The notes below the pieces were generated by a model. That model worked only from the letters and a program-made list of their open reading frames with translations, was not told where the DNA came from and did no database searches. The translations under genes and the position numbers were made by a program. A stretch of DNA of 63,921 bases, the filler included, from Octopus bimaculoides (lineage: Eukaryota): NCBI RefSeq assembly GCF_001194135.2. It is 6 parts of 6 records of this genome, joined end to end, with 100 filler letters (N's around TTAATTAATTAA, not from the genome) between each part and the next. Parts side by side here need not be neighbours in the genome. Positions count along the whole stretch, not along the records: positions 35,998 to 43,162 come from NC_068983.1; positions 43,263 to 59,960 come from NC_069003.1; 4 more parts are not named here. One strand, given 5' to 3'. Positions 39,450 to 52,504 of the stretch are shown here, piece by piece; position 1 is the first letter of the stretch, and every line of letters begins with the position of its first letter.

Positions 39450-40099
39450 TGTTATATTTCGGGATGGTCATGTTTTTCTTCTTGCCAAATAAACACCCGC
39501 ACTATACATTCGTCCACAAACTAAACAGTACAAGAGGATACACATGAATGGAAGAGGTCACAGATGTGTGACGAAAAATTTCCAGACAATGGACATAAGA
39601 TAAAATGAGAACAATAATAAATGGTGCGTGTGTTTAATTGGCAAGAGGACAAAATATGACCATCCTGAAATAAAACAATATCTGTTTCAAGACACGGTTT
39701 CACATCAGGTATCTTTCAAAACAAATTTATAGACGTATGTTTGCGTATGCGTGCATGTGTATGTCTATGTGTATGTGAACGACGGATTTGGAGTCTGAAT
39801 CTGATGAAAGGTAACAAGAGTAGTAGTAGTAGTGGTGGTGGTTGTGGTGGTGGTGGTTGTGGTAGTAGTAGTAGTAGTAGTAGTAGAGGTGCAGGAGGAG
39901 GGGAGCAGCAGCAGTAGCAGCTTCACCAGCATATGCTAATGTGTACATGCGTAAATGTATTTCTATTGGCGTGCATTAATTGTATATACACATCTAATGC
40001 CCTTAAAATTTCAATTATCTGTCACACTTCCGGTTAGTTAGAGGTCGAACACGAGATCCTATCCTATGTGCGTTTTTCCTCGTTCTCTTCCTTTTTATT

Positions 40100-40260
40100 T
40101 CCTTTCTGCTTTTCCTTCTCTTCAGTTTTCCCTACTCTTTCCTCTAGCATCTGATGAAGTACAATATCCGAAACGTTAAGTTTTACTCTTTCCTTTCTTT
40201 CTTGAATGTCACACTAATGATATTAACTGAGAGCGTTTCTTTTACTGTTTTATTATTATT
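40100..40260 (+). repeat. Penelope-LTR-like short repeat with hammerhead-like core
   Basis: CTGATGAA-n-CGAAACGTTAA at 40151-40179, followed by ..GTCACACTAAT as in the related copies. Confidence 0.45.
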
Positions 40261-40281
40261 ATTATTATTATTATCAATTGG

Positions 40282-40496
40282 AAGGCGGTGAGCAGGCAGC
40301 ATCGTTAGCACGCTGGAAGAAATGCTTAGCAGTATTTCGCCCGTCGCTCCGATCTAAGTTCAAATTCCGCCGAAGTCTGCTTTACCTTTCATCCTTTCAG
40401 GCCCGATAAATTAAGTACCAGTGAAACACTGGGATCGATGTAATCGACTCATCTCCTCCCCCAAAACTGCTGCCCTTGTGGCAAAATTTGAAATCA

Positions 40497-40541
<45 letters not shown>
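40282..40541 (+). mobile_element. SINE family C, full length, (ATT)n on both sides
   Basis: A-box-like AGGCAGCATCGTTAG, B box AGTTCAAATTCC, body CGATAAATTAAGTACCAG, (ATT)n tail. Confidence 0.9.
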
Positions 40542-40543
<2 letters not shown>

Positions 40544-40603
40544 TACTTTTTGTATTTGCTTTTACGTACATACATATATGTGTGCACATTTATATGCGTG
40601 AAG

Positions 40604-40780
40604 GCACGAGGTCTTGTGGTTAAGGTGTTGCACTCACGATCGTGGTTTCGATTCCCAGACAGGGTAGCACGTTGTGTTCTTCAGCAAGACACTTCATTTC
40701 ACGTAGCTCTGCGAGTCGGCAAGGATGCTTTACGGTATACCTTCCAGCTCCCCACGTTCTGGGTTCAGATCCTACCCGCC
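40604..40780 (+). mobile_element. SINE family D head/CORE joined to a family-C-like head
   Basis: GGTTTCGATTCCC B box and GTGTTCTTCAGCAAGACAC CORE-like, then ATGCTTTACGGTAT..ACGTTCTGGGTTCAGATCC. Confidence 0.6.
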
Positions 40781-42466
40781 TAGAGAAGGTAACGGGAATG
40801 CAATCCAATATTCATCCCAAATTTATCATGGTAGTTGAACTCCCAGAATCTATTTAACGGCGGCAAAGGAGGGTATGGTCACTCCAAAGTCGTATAGAGA
40901 GTGCTCGAGAAGGTCCACATGCACACGACCAGCCCGAGGGCCGACCACCACTAGATATATGCTTATGCGTGCACACATTTATGTATCTTTATATAATGCG
41001 TGTATACATGTATATCTATCTGTACGTATGCAGGTGTGGTTGTATATGCCTAGACATGTATGTATAGTATATTTAAGATTTTTATGGAGTTTATGATTAA
41101 GTTAGTGTGTGCATATTAGTAACTATATGCAGTTATATGCACCTGCGCTCAAGTTCTGCATGAACTCTCTCTTTAGCACTTAATTGTTTGTGCGTATGGG
41201 AGGCAGCTATGTTTGTAAATATGTATAAGTATAAAAACATTCTAAATTAACAAAAGGTCGTTTGAAATCTATTAAATATGTTCATATCTTTAATGCTACA
41301 AAATTGCCATGAATACCTCGTCTTTCTAACAACTTAAGCAATTATATTTACGTCCATGTTTTAAAAGTTGGGAGTTACTTTCAAATTTTGCTGTTTATTG
41401 AAACTAAAAACTAAAATGAGAAATAAGGACAAAAGAAAACAAAAAAAAAAAAAACAAGTCGAAACTAATACAAATGAACACGTATTAACAGAGAATATAG
41501 GTGATACAGACACTCCCCATACACACATGCACTTACAAAAGACACAGACACATTGAAGGACACGCATGCGTAGACACATACAATAGGAATACAAAATACA
41601 AAATGGCTGATAGTTAGCAAGGTAAGACACACATAAGAAAGAAGGAAACAAAGGACCACTGATGAGGTCACAGAAGTGTGACGAAAGAACTCTGGCCGAA
41701 ATAAGATTAAGATTAAGATTAATGTAATATAAAGCTGAAAAAAAAAATTAACACCAAATATACAGTGCGTGTGTTTTTNNNNNNNNNNNNNNNNNNNNNN
41801 NNNNNNNNNNNNNNNNNNNNNNNNNNNNNNNNNNNNNNNNNNNNNNNNNNNNNNNNNNNNNNNNNNNNNNNNNNNNNNNNNNNNNNNNNNNNNNNNNNNN
41901 NNNNNNNNNNNNNNNNNNNNNNNNNNNNNNNNNNNNNNNNNNNNNNNNNNNNNNNNNNNNNNNNNNNNNNNNNNNNNNNNNNNNNNNNNNNNNNNNNNNN
42001 NNNNNNNNNNNNNNNNNNNNNNNNNNNNNNNNNNNNNNNNNNNNNNNNNNNNNNNNNNNNNNNNNNNNNNNNNNNNNNNNNNNNNNNNNNNNNNNNNNNN
42101 NNNNNNNNNNNNNNNNNNNNNNNNNNNNNNNNNNNNNNNNNNNNNNNNNNNNNNNNNNNNNNNNNNNNNNNNNNNNNNNNNNNNNNNNNNNNNNNNNNNN
42201 NNNNNNNNNNNNNNNNNNNNNNNNNNNNNNNNNNNNNNNNNNNNNNNNNNNNNNNNNNNNNNNNNNNNNNNNNNNNNNNNNNNNNNNNNNNNNNNNNNNN
42301 NNNNNNNNNNNNNNNNNNNNNNNNNNNNNNNNNNNNNNNNNNNNNNNNNNNNNNNNNNNNNNNNNNNNNNNNNNNNNNNNNNNNNNNNNNNNNNNNNNNN
42401 NNNNNNNNNNNNNNNNNNNNNNNNNNNNNNNNNNNNNNNNNNNNNNNNNNNNNNNNNNNNNNNNNN

Positions 42467-42516
<50 letters not shown>

Positions 42517-42521
42517 CATAC

Positions 42522-42756
42522 CTTGCTCGCTGGTATCTGATTCTAAGGAAACGCCTCTGTGAACCAGCATATGTCTCTTAAGTCCGGGTATTGTTTTACA
42601 AACCTTGTGACATATGCCACAGGTCGCAGAAGGCGGTTGGTATTTAGGGTGTCTGGAATTTCTACCCTCATGTGTTTTCATGTGATTCACATATCCTGCT
42701 TTCGACAGAAGAACGCGATCACATACAGTACACATCCTATACTCTCCAATGTACAT
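42522..42756 (-). CDS. Open segment encoding two C2H2 zinc fingers (TE-type or exonised; full gene not evident)
   Basis: CTVCDRVLLSKAGYVNHMKTH (42732-42670) and CGICHKVCKTIPGLKRHMLVH (42621-42559), both C-x2-C-x12-H-x3-H with no stops; ends at AAG|GTATGT. Confidence 0.6.
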
Positions 42757-42989
42757 GTATGCGTCTCCCCATATATTACACGCTCACGTGGTCGCACCAG
42801 TTGATCCTGTCTCTTCTCATCACCCAACGAACTTTTACGGATTCTCTACCTGGACTTTCTACTATCGTACACTTCAGCTGCACCTCTCCTGTCCATGGAT
42901 TACACTGGACTCCTCTGCTGATGAAAAATCGTTTCAATATACCACGACGTTCGAAGCTTTAGAACCTTTTGAACTCTTCGTAACCTTTT

Positions 42990-43120
42990 TATACTTTCTA
43001 AACTTTTTCTCTATTCCTTTCTGTGGAAGAGCGTAGGCTCGAAACGTTAAAGACTTTTTCACTTCCCGAGCGTTAAACTAATATATTTGTTTGCTGTCTA
43101 CACCACTTGTGGCTTTTTTT
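42990..43120 (+). repeat. Penelope-LTR-like short repeat with hammerhead-like core
   Basis: CTTT-CTGTGGAA-GAGC GTAG GCTC-GAAA-CGTT-AAAG; homologous to 46200-46375 on the opposite strand. Confidence 0.6.
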
Positions 43121-44208
43121 TGTGAAAAAAACCATGTAGTTGGGAAGCCAATTTTTCACCACNNNNNNNNNNNNNNNNNNNNNNNNNNNNNNNNNNNNNN
43201 NNNNNNTTAATTAATTAANNNNNNNNNNNNNNNNNNNNNNNNNNNNNNNNNNNNNNNNNNNNTTCATACAAGAACATATACGTGTATATGCATATAGACT
43301 AGTGTTTATATTTATGATATATGTATACAAATATATAAATGTATGTGTTTGTGTATAGGTGTCTATGTATGTGTGTGTTTCGTGTCGTCTCTTTCCTCTG
43401 GGCCCTTTTTCGTCCCCCTCTCACACGACGTAATTCTCTTGTATCGTCTCAAACACACACACACACACACACGCATGCACGCACCAACCCCCTGGTCTCA
43501 AATCCTCCCCCACTCAACTCTCACTCCCCCCATCCTCTACCCTCCTCTTCTACAACAGCCCACCACGCCACTCGGCATCAATCAAACCGAAATTGATTGC
43601 AGCAAATAGGGACGACCGCTGCTGGCCATGTTAAGGCTTTTGTATCCCAAGTTCCGAGGTAATTTTATCCCGTCTGGAATGCGTTGGCCTGATAGAGTCA
43701 ATGATATTAGGAGGTGAGTGTAACGTTGGCTTGTCTATCAGCCAATGGCGATGTTCAGCCGGCTCCTACAGCCCTGTTCTCTGATAAGTGGGTTTCGCTT
43801 TTGTTTATTTATCACTAAACTTCTCTTCTCTGAACAAGTTTGTGTTTATTTGGTCAGTTGCGCGTGAAAACTTTTGAAAACAAATCTTATTACGATACCT
43901 ATAAGAAAAAAAACTCTACGTATTACACACGCATACACGTATCAATAAGACATCATGTACCCATACACAAACACGTGTATACATACATACATACAGCACC
44001 GTTTAAATATGCACATAGATATATACACACGCTAATACATGCCAACAAACGTTCTCACACGTGCATGCATAAATATGCACACACATACACTTTAAGAAAT
44101 ATCACATACACACACATACACTCATATGTGCACAGACTTTTTACACAAACACACGTATATGTATACATATTTAAATGTACGCCATACCATACATGTATGA
44201 ATGTGTGA

Positions 44209-44277
<69 letters not shown>

Positions 44278-44329
44278 CACATTCATACATATGTGTGGTG
44301 GTGCAGTTGGTGATATTTTTCCTTCTGTG

Positions 44330-44470
44330 GACTCTTCTCTTTTCCTTTCCGACGAAGTGCTGTGCTCGAAACGTCGAAACCCCTCCCTTTTTACCAATCG
44401 TCAAACTAATGTATTCCATGTGCACGTCATCTTGTTGTTTTGTTATTGTTATTTTTAATGTTCGATTATA
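44330..44470 (+). repeat. Penelope-LTR-like short repeat with decayed hammerhead-like core
   Basis: CCGACGAA-GTGC TGT GCTC-GAAA-CGTC, then CGTCAAACTAAT. Confidence 0.5.
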
Positions 44471-45163
44471 CGATTTGACCACACGCGCTCGCACACATAG
44501 ACACGCATACATGCACCCACACGTGCACACATATTCATAATTACATACTTGAAGAACTGCTATCACATACATACATACACACACGCGCACACCGTAGGTG
44601 CTCGTACATTCGCGCATACGCATATGTACATTAAGAAATACCATCATACACATGCATCCAGGAAAGCATATATACATACATACATATATACACACACACA
44701 CATACATATATAAATATATATATATATATATATANNNNNNNNNNNNNNNNNNNNNNNNNNNNNNNNNNNNNNNNNNNNNNNNNNNNNNNNNNNNNNNNNN
44801 NNNNNNNNNNNNNNNNNNNNNNNNNNNNNNNNNNNNNNNNNNNNNNNNNNNNNNNNNNNNNNNNNNNNNNNNNNNNNNNNNNNNNNNNNNNNNNNNNNTA
44901 AATAGCTGTACATACATACATATATATGTATGTAGATATGCATGTATGGGTACAGGACGTCACAAAACGTAAACAACATGAAGTACGAAAATAAAGTTGG
45001 GTACTCAAAAAGGCGTATAGAGAAAATTAGATCTTTATTATCTATGATGAGAAAATTACATCTTAAATGTGTATGACAAGAATATGGTAGACAAAAATTG
45101 TCGGGAACCTCGTCCTATGTACATGTGTGTGAGTGTGTGTGCATACATACTCACGTTTATCTA

Positions 45164-45197
<34 letters not shown>

Positions 45198-46199
45198 CAT
45201 CTATCTATCTATCTATGTGTGTGTTATATATACAAACATACATTAACATACATTCATAAATATAGTTGGCAAGTGCACTACTATGTACGTCAGACGCCAA
45301 AAAATGCCTTTAAAGTCAATTCTCGCAATTGCTATCTGCTTCCAAATTTCGAAAATATGTGTCTCTGTAGGAAGTGTGGTGGTGGTGGTGGTGGTGGGGA
45401 CGTTGCATCCATGGCTGTCTTGGCAAAACATTCCCCGTCAAATAAATATTGTTTTGCTTTTGTCATGAAATAGCTTTTGACAAGACTAAGACATGTGAAA
45501 ATAAACCATTACTAAATATAACAACAGGCAAAATAACAATGGTAGCAGCAGCGACGAACTGAGCTGGAAGATGCAACGTAGTCGCTTAAGCAGTTGAAAA
45601 TATCAGCCCAATATTCTTATAAAATATCACTTTGGATTTTATGGTATTGGGTTTCTTGCATATAAGAAAGGGATGTGTTGGTCATGAGTAGAATACTGGT
45701 TGATCATAAATCTATTCTATCAGGACTGATCTGGGGTTAAATAACAGCAGCAGCAGCAGCAGCAGCGAGCCAAGGAGTATTTTAACTCATGCTGCCTTTT
45801 GACTTGTGTGAGATAACAGCCAAGTTACTCTCGAATGACATCATGTCGTTGTCGTAAGCGAAATTGTGAAGTTTAATTATCAGTTATAAAGCACGATGAG
45901 CAAACGATGAATTTATTTCCTCGTGCCCACATAACCGAAAATCCTTACTTAACTATTATTATCAAGAAATCCTGTAACCTCAATGGTACAGGGTGTTGTT
46001 AATTTTTAAGATACCTTTCATTTTTCTGTCTGTCTGTCTCTCTTTCTCTATACATACATACGGACATACATATATATATATATATATAATTACATAAATA
46101 ATATTTGTTTATATTTAAAAATTGTCGCTTTAAAATCGGAGAATAAATATCATTATGATATATATTATATACAGTTTTATATATATATGTATATATATA

Positions 46200-46375
46200 T
46201 ATATGGGAGAATATACAAATAATAACAACAGACGAGGACAGGTGGTGTAAATAACAAAAGTATATATTAGTATGACGCTCGGGAATACGGAAAGTCTTTG
46301 ACGTTTCGAGCTACGCTCTTCAACAGAAAGAATACGGAGACAAGGAGAAAAACACGGAGAAAAAAAATTGAATAG
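46200..46375 (-). repeat. Penelope-LTR-like short repeat with hammerhead-like core (best copy)
   Basis: Sense: TCTTT-CTGTTGAA-GAGC GTA GCTC-GAAA-CGTC-AAAGA (46331-46295). Confidence 0.62.
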
Positions 46376-46664
46376 TGTTCAGTCAACGGTCAATCATACG
46401 AAGAGACGGTAGGTGAAGGAAAGTAAGGTAAAAAAGGATGATAAAGGAGGNNNNNNNNNNNNNNNNNNNNNNNNNNNNNNNNNNNNNNNNNNNNNNNNNN
46501 NNNNNNNNNNNNNNNNNNNNNNNNNNNNNNNNNNNNNNNNNNNNNNNNNNNNNNNNNNNNNNNNNNNNNNNNNNNNNNNNNNNNNNNNNNNNNNNNNNNN
46601 NNNNNNNNNNNNNNNNNNNNNNNNNNNNNNNNNNNNNNNNNNNNNNNNNNNNNNNNNNNNNNNN

Positions 46665-46695
<31 letters not shown>

Positions 46696-46907
46696 AGTTA
46701 GAGCAATTTCCCTTGAACAATAATTCGTTATTACCATTATCATCGTCATGATCACCACCACCACCACCACCACCACCACCACCACCATCAACTCCGACTA
46801 TCATCATCATCGTTATCGCCGTCATCATCATGTTGAATATGCTAACTCAGTTGTTATTTCTTCTGCAACCACAGCATCAGTAACAACAGTAACGTCAGCT
46901 GCTGCTG

Positions 46908-46968
<61 letters not shown>

Positions 46969-47467
46969 CGCTACTGCGCCTTAGATGAAGGAGGTAATTA
47001 TCATTAACATGCTCCTTCAACACTCAGGACGTGACCAGATCATGACAACAGAAGACATTTCTTTACAGTTCCCACAATGGCTGCCATTTTTATTTTATTT
47101 CATTACTTTATGTTTCCTTGATAATACTTTCTACAGATTTACACTTATATATCGGAGCAATTACTCCTCGTCAAAAGCACCCCGTTTCTTAAGGGGTACT
47201 TTTGACGAGGTATATAGGCTTCGGTGCAACAGATAAGACGATACCGCTCTTCGTTGTTGTTCCATCTCTATCTTTTAAATCTACATATTTGTACTTGCCA
47301 ATCATTCTCCATCTTTCTCTGTCTTTCTTTTTTTTTATTATAAAATACTACAACTTCCCACTGGGATTATTACAAACAACCCTCAAGGAAACCAGTTTTG
47401 TTATTTTGATCGTAAAAACATTCCCCCGAGTTTTCCGCCCTCGCGTTTTATCTATTTTTTTTTTTTG

Positions 47468-48080
47468 TCTTTTATCTTTAACGTGTTTCAGTCATTGGAC
47501 TGCGGCCATGCTGAGGCACTTTACTGCCATGAAGGGTTTAGTCGAACAAATTGGCTCTAGGACTTACGTGAGTGTAAAAACTAACACTAGTTGTCAAGCG
47601 ATGANNNNNNNNNNNNNNNNNNNNNNNNNNNNNNNNNNNNNNNNNNNNNNNNNNNNNNNNNNNNNNNNNNNNNNNNNNNNNNNNNNNNNNNNNNNNNNNN
47701 NNNNNNNNNNNNNNNNNNNNNNNNNNNNNNNNNNNNNNNNNNNNNNNNNNNNNNNNNNNNNNNNNNNNNNNNNNNNNNNNNNNNNNNNNNNNNNNNNNNN
47801 NNNNNNNNNNNNNNNNNNNNNNNNNNNNNNNNNNNNNNNNNNNNNNNNNNNNNNNNNNNNNNNNNNNNNNNNNNNNNNNNNNNNNNNNNNNNNNNNNNNN
47901 NNNNNNNNNNNNNNNNNNNNNNNNNNNNNNNNNNNNNNNNNNNNNNNNNNNNNNNNNNNNNNNNNNNNNNNNNNNNNNNNNNNNNNNNNNNNNNNNNNNN
48001 GAGTGCCTTGTAATTGGACTGAACCCAAGACCACATAGTTGGAAAGCAACCGCTTTACCACACAGCTACGCCTGCACCTA
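47468..48080 (-). mobile_element. SINE family B spanning a gap
   Basis: Tail TTTCAGTCATTGGACTGCGGCCATGCTG before the gap; head GGACTGAACCC..TTTACCACACAGC after it. Confidence 0.75.
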
Positions 48081-48517
48081 TTTGTCCTTCTTTTCCTTTC
48101 TTTCTTTCTTGCGCTGATGTTAGTTTCTTGCGGAAGGTAGCAGAAGTGTTAAGAAGATTTATAGAACGTAGCAATGAGGTTATAGGATATTTAAACCTTT
48201 GCTAAGGGTAGTTTCGACAGAAGTGAAATACAATAGCCTTGAAGACTAATTAAGTGAAAGGTTAATTAGTCTTCGTTAAGAGACAGACAGACTTGAAGCA
48301 GACTTGAAGTAAAGGGGTGATGTCATTGAGAAGGGTGCAAATGGCGATGAAAGGCTTTTGATAAACTGAATGATTAATAAGCTAAATTTATAATTAAATT
48401 AAACTTATAATTAAATTAAATAATAGTTAATAAATTAAATTTAATAAATTAACTGAATGATAATAAATCGAACCGTTAATCAAGCAGTCAGTTAGTTAAT
48501 TGGTTAAATAGTTAAGT

Positions 48518-48680
48518 GAACGCACATGACTCAGTGCTTAGAGTGTCGGGCTCACAATCATGAGGTAGTGAGTTCGATTGCCGGACCGGGCTGTATGTTG
48601 TGTTCTTGAGCAAGACACTTTATTTCACGTTGCTCCAGTTCATCATGGTCATTCATGACCGAAGGGGGTCTCTACCCTTT
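48518..48680 (+). mobile_element. SINE family D, probably internally deleted
   Basis: A-box-like TGACTCAGTGCTTAG, B box GAGTTCGATTGCC, CORE-like GTGTTCTTGAGCAAGACACTT, short end GGTCATTCATGACCGAAGGGGG. Confidence 0.75.
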
Positions 48681-49252
48681 TCAAATAGTTAATCAACAGA
48701 CAAATAAATAACAAAGACGTGAAATAAAACCAGTGCGTGTGTTTATTATTGGCATAATGACCTTCCCGAGATACGACAAAAAATTACAATATTAACCTTT
48801 CACTTAACTAGGTTTCTACAAAATATATTGATTTCTCGCATAGACACAAGGACCACGAACTCTGAGGGAGAGATATAATCGATTACATCTCGACTTTAGT
48901 ATTTGACTGATAGTTAACCCCAGAACAAAGGTTCTCGACCATTTTTCATTTGTGGACCCTTTTGGTTGTGGTGAAATTAATGATGCTAATGATGGTGACG
49001 AGGATGATGATGATGATGATGATGACAATGGTGATGTTGATGATGATGGTGGTGTTAGTGGCGGTGGTGTCGATCACGAGGACGAAGACGATATCGATGA
49101 TGATGATGATGGAGAGAAGGAGGAGGAAACGATGCTAGGTGGCGCTAGGGAAAGAAACAGTCGCCTCAGATAACGGGCATGAAACAGCGTCAAATGTATT
49201 TGACAATTTGTAAAATTTATCGACGTATTTTAGCCAGAGAGGAAAAAAAAAC

Positions 49253-49311
<59 letters not shown>

Positions 49312-49767
49312 NNNNNNNNNNNNNNNNNNNNNNNNNNNNNNNNNNNNNNNNNNNNNNNNNNNNNNNNNNNNNNNNNNNNNNNNNNNNNNNNNNNNNNNNN
49401 NNNNNNNNNNNNNNNNNNNNNNNNNNNNNNNNNNNNNNNNNNNNNNNNNNNNNNNNNNNNNNNNNNNNNNNNNNNNNNNNNNNNNNNNNNNNNNNNNNNN
49501 NNNNNNNNNNNNNNNNNNNNNNNNNNNNNNNNNNNNNNNNNNNNNNNNNNNNNNNNNNNNNNNNNNNNNNNNNNNNNNNNNNNNNNNNNNNNNNNNNNNN
49601 NNNNNNNNNNNNNNNNNNNNNNNNNNNNNNNNNNNNNNATATATATATTATACACACACACACACGCATGCATGGCTGCAGTTCAGTGACTGAAACACGG
49701 AAAAGATAAACGATATATAGATGGATATAGATACCTGTATGTATGTATGTATGTATGTGTGCATGCA

Positions 49768-49798
<31 letters not shown>

Positions 49799-50029
49799 GT
49801 GTGTGTAACTGAAGTGTAATCGGTGGTTACTGACGCCAGGTGAAAGACGAATAGACTCGCTTCAGTGAACAAGGTGGATATCGTCACGGTGTATTTACTT
49901 CGTTCATCTCGTTAACATAAAAACGAAGATTCACGCAAAATGAAATTTCCACCGTAGTTGTAGACCGAAACTGCTTCTCATTTACAGTATGATATTTGTG
50001 GAAGAGGCTACTATGCCTTTACTTTACCG

Positions 50030-50200
50030 TATTTATCTTTTGTCTTACTTATTTTAGTCTTGGGACTGCGGCCATGCTGGGGTACCGCCTTGAAGGGGTT
50101 TAGTCGAACATATCATTTATTCTATTGGTCTCTCTTTTGCCATATCACTAAGTTACAGGGACGTAAACACACCAACACCGGTTAGCAAACGATGGAGGAG
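50030..50200 (-). mobile_element. SINE family B, 3' half
   Basis: GACTGCGGCCATGCTGGGGTACCGCC..CTAAGTTACAGGGACGTAAACACACCAACACCGG. Confidence 0.8.
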
Positions 50201-51130
50201 GATGAACAACGACAAACAAACGCATTCGCATACACGCGCGTGAGAGCGCGCGCGCACACATACAGGGGTAGTTTTAAGCCAATTAGGCAGATTTGTTCAA
50301 ATTGGGTTCCGCTACAAGAGAGGGCCCCATTCACACGCTCAAGCGGAGGGCGCTTTGATAAACTTTTAGCATACCATTGTGGCTAATGGTGGAGCCTCAA
50401 GCCCTCAACACTTTTAAGCTGGGACTGGTGTACTACAGGAAGCTTAAAACATCAATATTCAGCTTTTGTAGAGTAGAGAGCCCCACTGACAATTCTCTGT
50501 ATGGACCCCACATTTTCTAGCGCCGATCCTGCTCACACACACACATATATATATACNNNNNNNNNNNNNNNNNNNNNNNNNNNNNNNNNNNNNNNNNNNN
50601 NNNNNNNNNNNNNNNNNNNNNNNNNNNNNNNNNNNNNNNNNNNNNNNNNNNNNNNNNNNNNNNNNNNNNNNNNNNNNNNNNNNNNNNNNNNNNNNNNNNN
50701 NNNNNNNNNNNNNNNNNNNNNNNNNNNNNNNNNNNNNNNNNNNNNNNNNNNNNNNNNNNNNNNNNNNNNNNNNNNNNNNNNNNNNNNNNNNNNNNNNNNN
50801 NNNNNNNNNNNNNNNNNNNNNNNNNNNAGCTAGTAGCAAGCTACCCGTATGTTAAATGAGTGCTGTAACGAGTTTTAAGAAGCGACCCGTATATTAAATA
50901 TACGCGTTTCTTCAGATCTGAGCAGAATCGTTTTCTTTCAGGAGGAGCTCGGGAACAATGGGTGCAGGTACAACCCCTAAAAAGTTTTTTGGGGTGGATG
51001 GGGGCAATGAGAACGCTTTGAACATCCTCCTGAAAAGCTGGGTTTGCACTTCCTTAGGAAATTTAGTTCCTTCACTTTTGTAGAGAGAGAGAAACTGACA
51101 GGTAAAAAGAAACAAGGAGTTAACGCAAGA

Positions 51131-51345
51131 AAAGAACCTTATTTTACCGACCCCGAAAGTATGAAAGATAAAGCAGGATTCGAACTCAGAGGGCTGCAAG
51201 GATTACTGCAAAGCAATCTACTCTCCGGTGATTTAACGATTCAGCCAAAAGAATCTTATTTTACCGACCCGGAAAGAATGAAAGTGAGATTTGAACTCAT
51301 AGAGCCGCAATCTACTCTCCGACAATTTCACGACTCAGCCAATCA
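51131..51345 (-). repeat. Tandem duplication (~117-bp unit) of a SINE C-derived segment
   Basis: AAAGAA(C/T)CTTATTTTACCGACCC at 51131 and 51248, each followed by GAACTC..GCAATCTACTCTCCG..CAGCCAA. Confidence 0.75.
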
Positions 51346-51793
51346 GGTGCCGCGGTTGTTAGCATAGAAATGTTTAAATTAAACTATCAACAGTATCAAT
51401 CTCACAAATCTTAGAGGGTCTGCGGAAGCCGTAGGCCCTACCCCATCGCTTCATAATAGAACTAATATCCTAAGTGAATTGGAATGGCTTCGTACCGGAG
51501 TTGAAACCAGATCATGCGCCCGTCTTGTCTCGTCTCGTCTCGTCAGAACCTTATAGCTTTCTTACTTTACGGCTCTCAACAGCTCTCAAAGTAAATTACT
51601 ATTAATAAGAGATGTAATCTAGCTAAGAATGTAATTTATCACTTTCGACATAAACATCAAAGTAAGATGCTTCATAACAGAAATTGTTGTAAACTCCTAA
51701 ACAGTCGTCCGACCTTACACTAATATCATACGTATAAAATATTTGCTTGTCTTCGTTCTGCCGGTTTCTCTGCCTGCATGTTTTACTGTCTTT

Positions 51794-51839
<46 letters not shown>

Positions 51840-51903
51840 NNNNNNNNNNCTCTCTCTCTCTCTCGCCTCCCTGTCTCAGCCATCTCTCTAGTTTTATTTC
51901 TCT

Positions 51904-51939
<36 letters not shown>

Positions 51940-51983
51940 ACTGCCTGTCTGTCTATCTACCTACGTATTAATGTATGTGTGTG

Positions 51984-52015
<32 letters not shown>

Positions 52016-52039
52016 TCGATCTATCCATCTACCACCCTA

Positions 52040-52072
<33 letters not shown>

Positions 52073-52097
52073 GTCTCGTCTCCCCCTCCCCCCTCTC

Positions 52098-52131
<34 letters not shown>

Positions 52132-52281
52132 ACGTATTTATAAAATAATCTGGTTAGTCATAATGTTGATACTAATACCCAACACACACGCCAGCTCTCA
52201 ATCGACGTAAACCTACGTAAAGCAAAATAGACGCAGAAAATGCACTTAACATTTCCAACCAATGACGTCTTACCAATTACT

Positions 52282-52312
<31 letters not shown>

Positions 52313-52504
52313 CGCGCGCGCACAAACTGTCCGAAGTGCTCGATCGAAAGTATAAAAATAGTCAAGCACAAACGCACACGACCCTAAACACACACGCACA
52401 CAAATCACGTTTGCATGCATACATACATGCATACGTACGTGCAAATATATATGTATATATGTATATATATATATATATATATATTCATACAAAGTTACAT
52501 ACAT

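Noticed and set aside
48952-49173. Acidic poly-Asp protein (MDPFGCGE...DDDD)
   Set aside because: (GAT)n microsatellite preceded by a MITE end; no splice or domain support.
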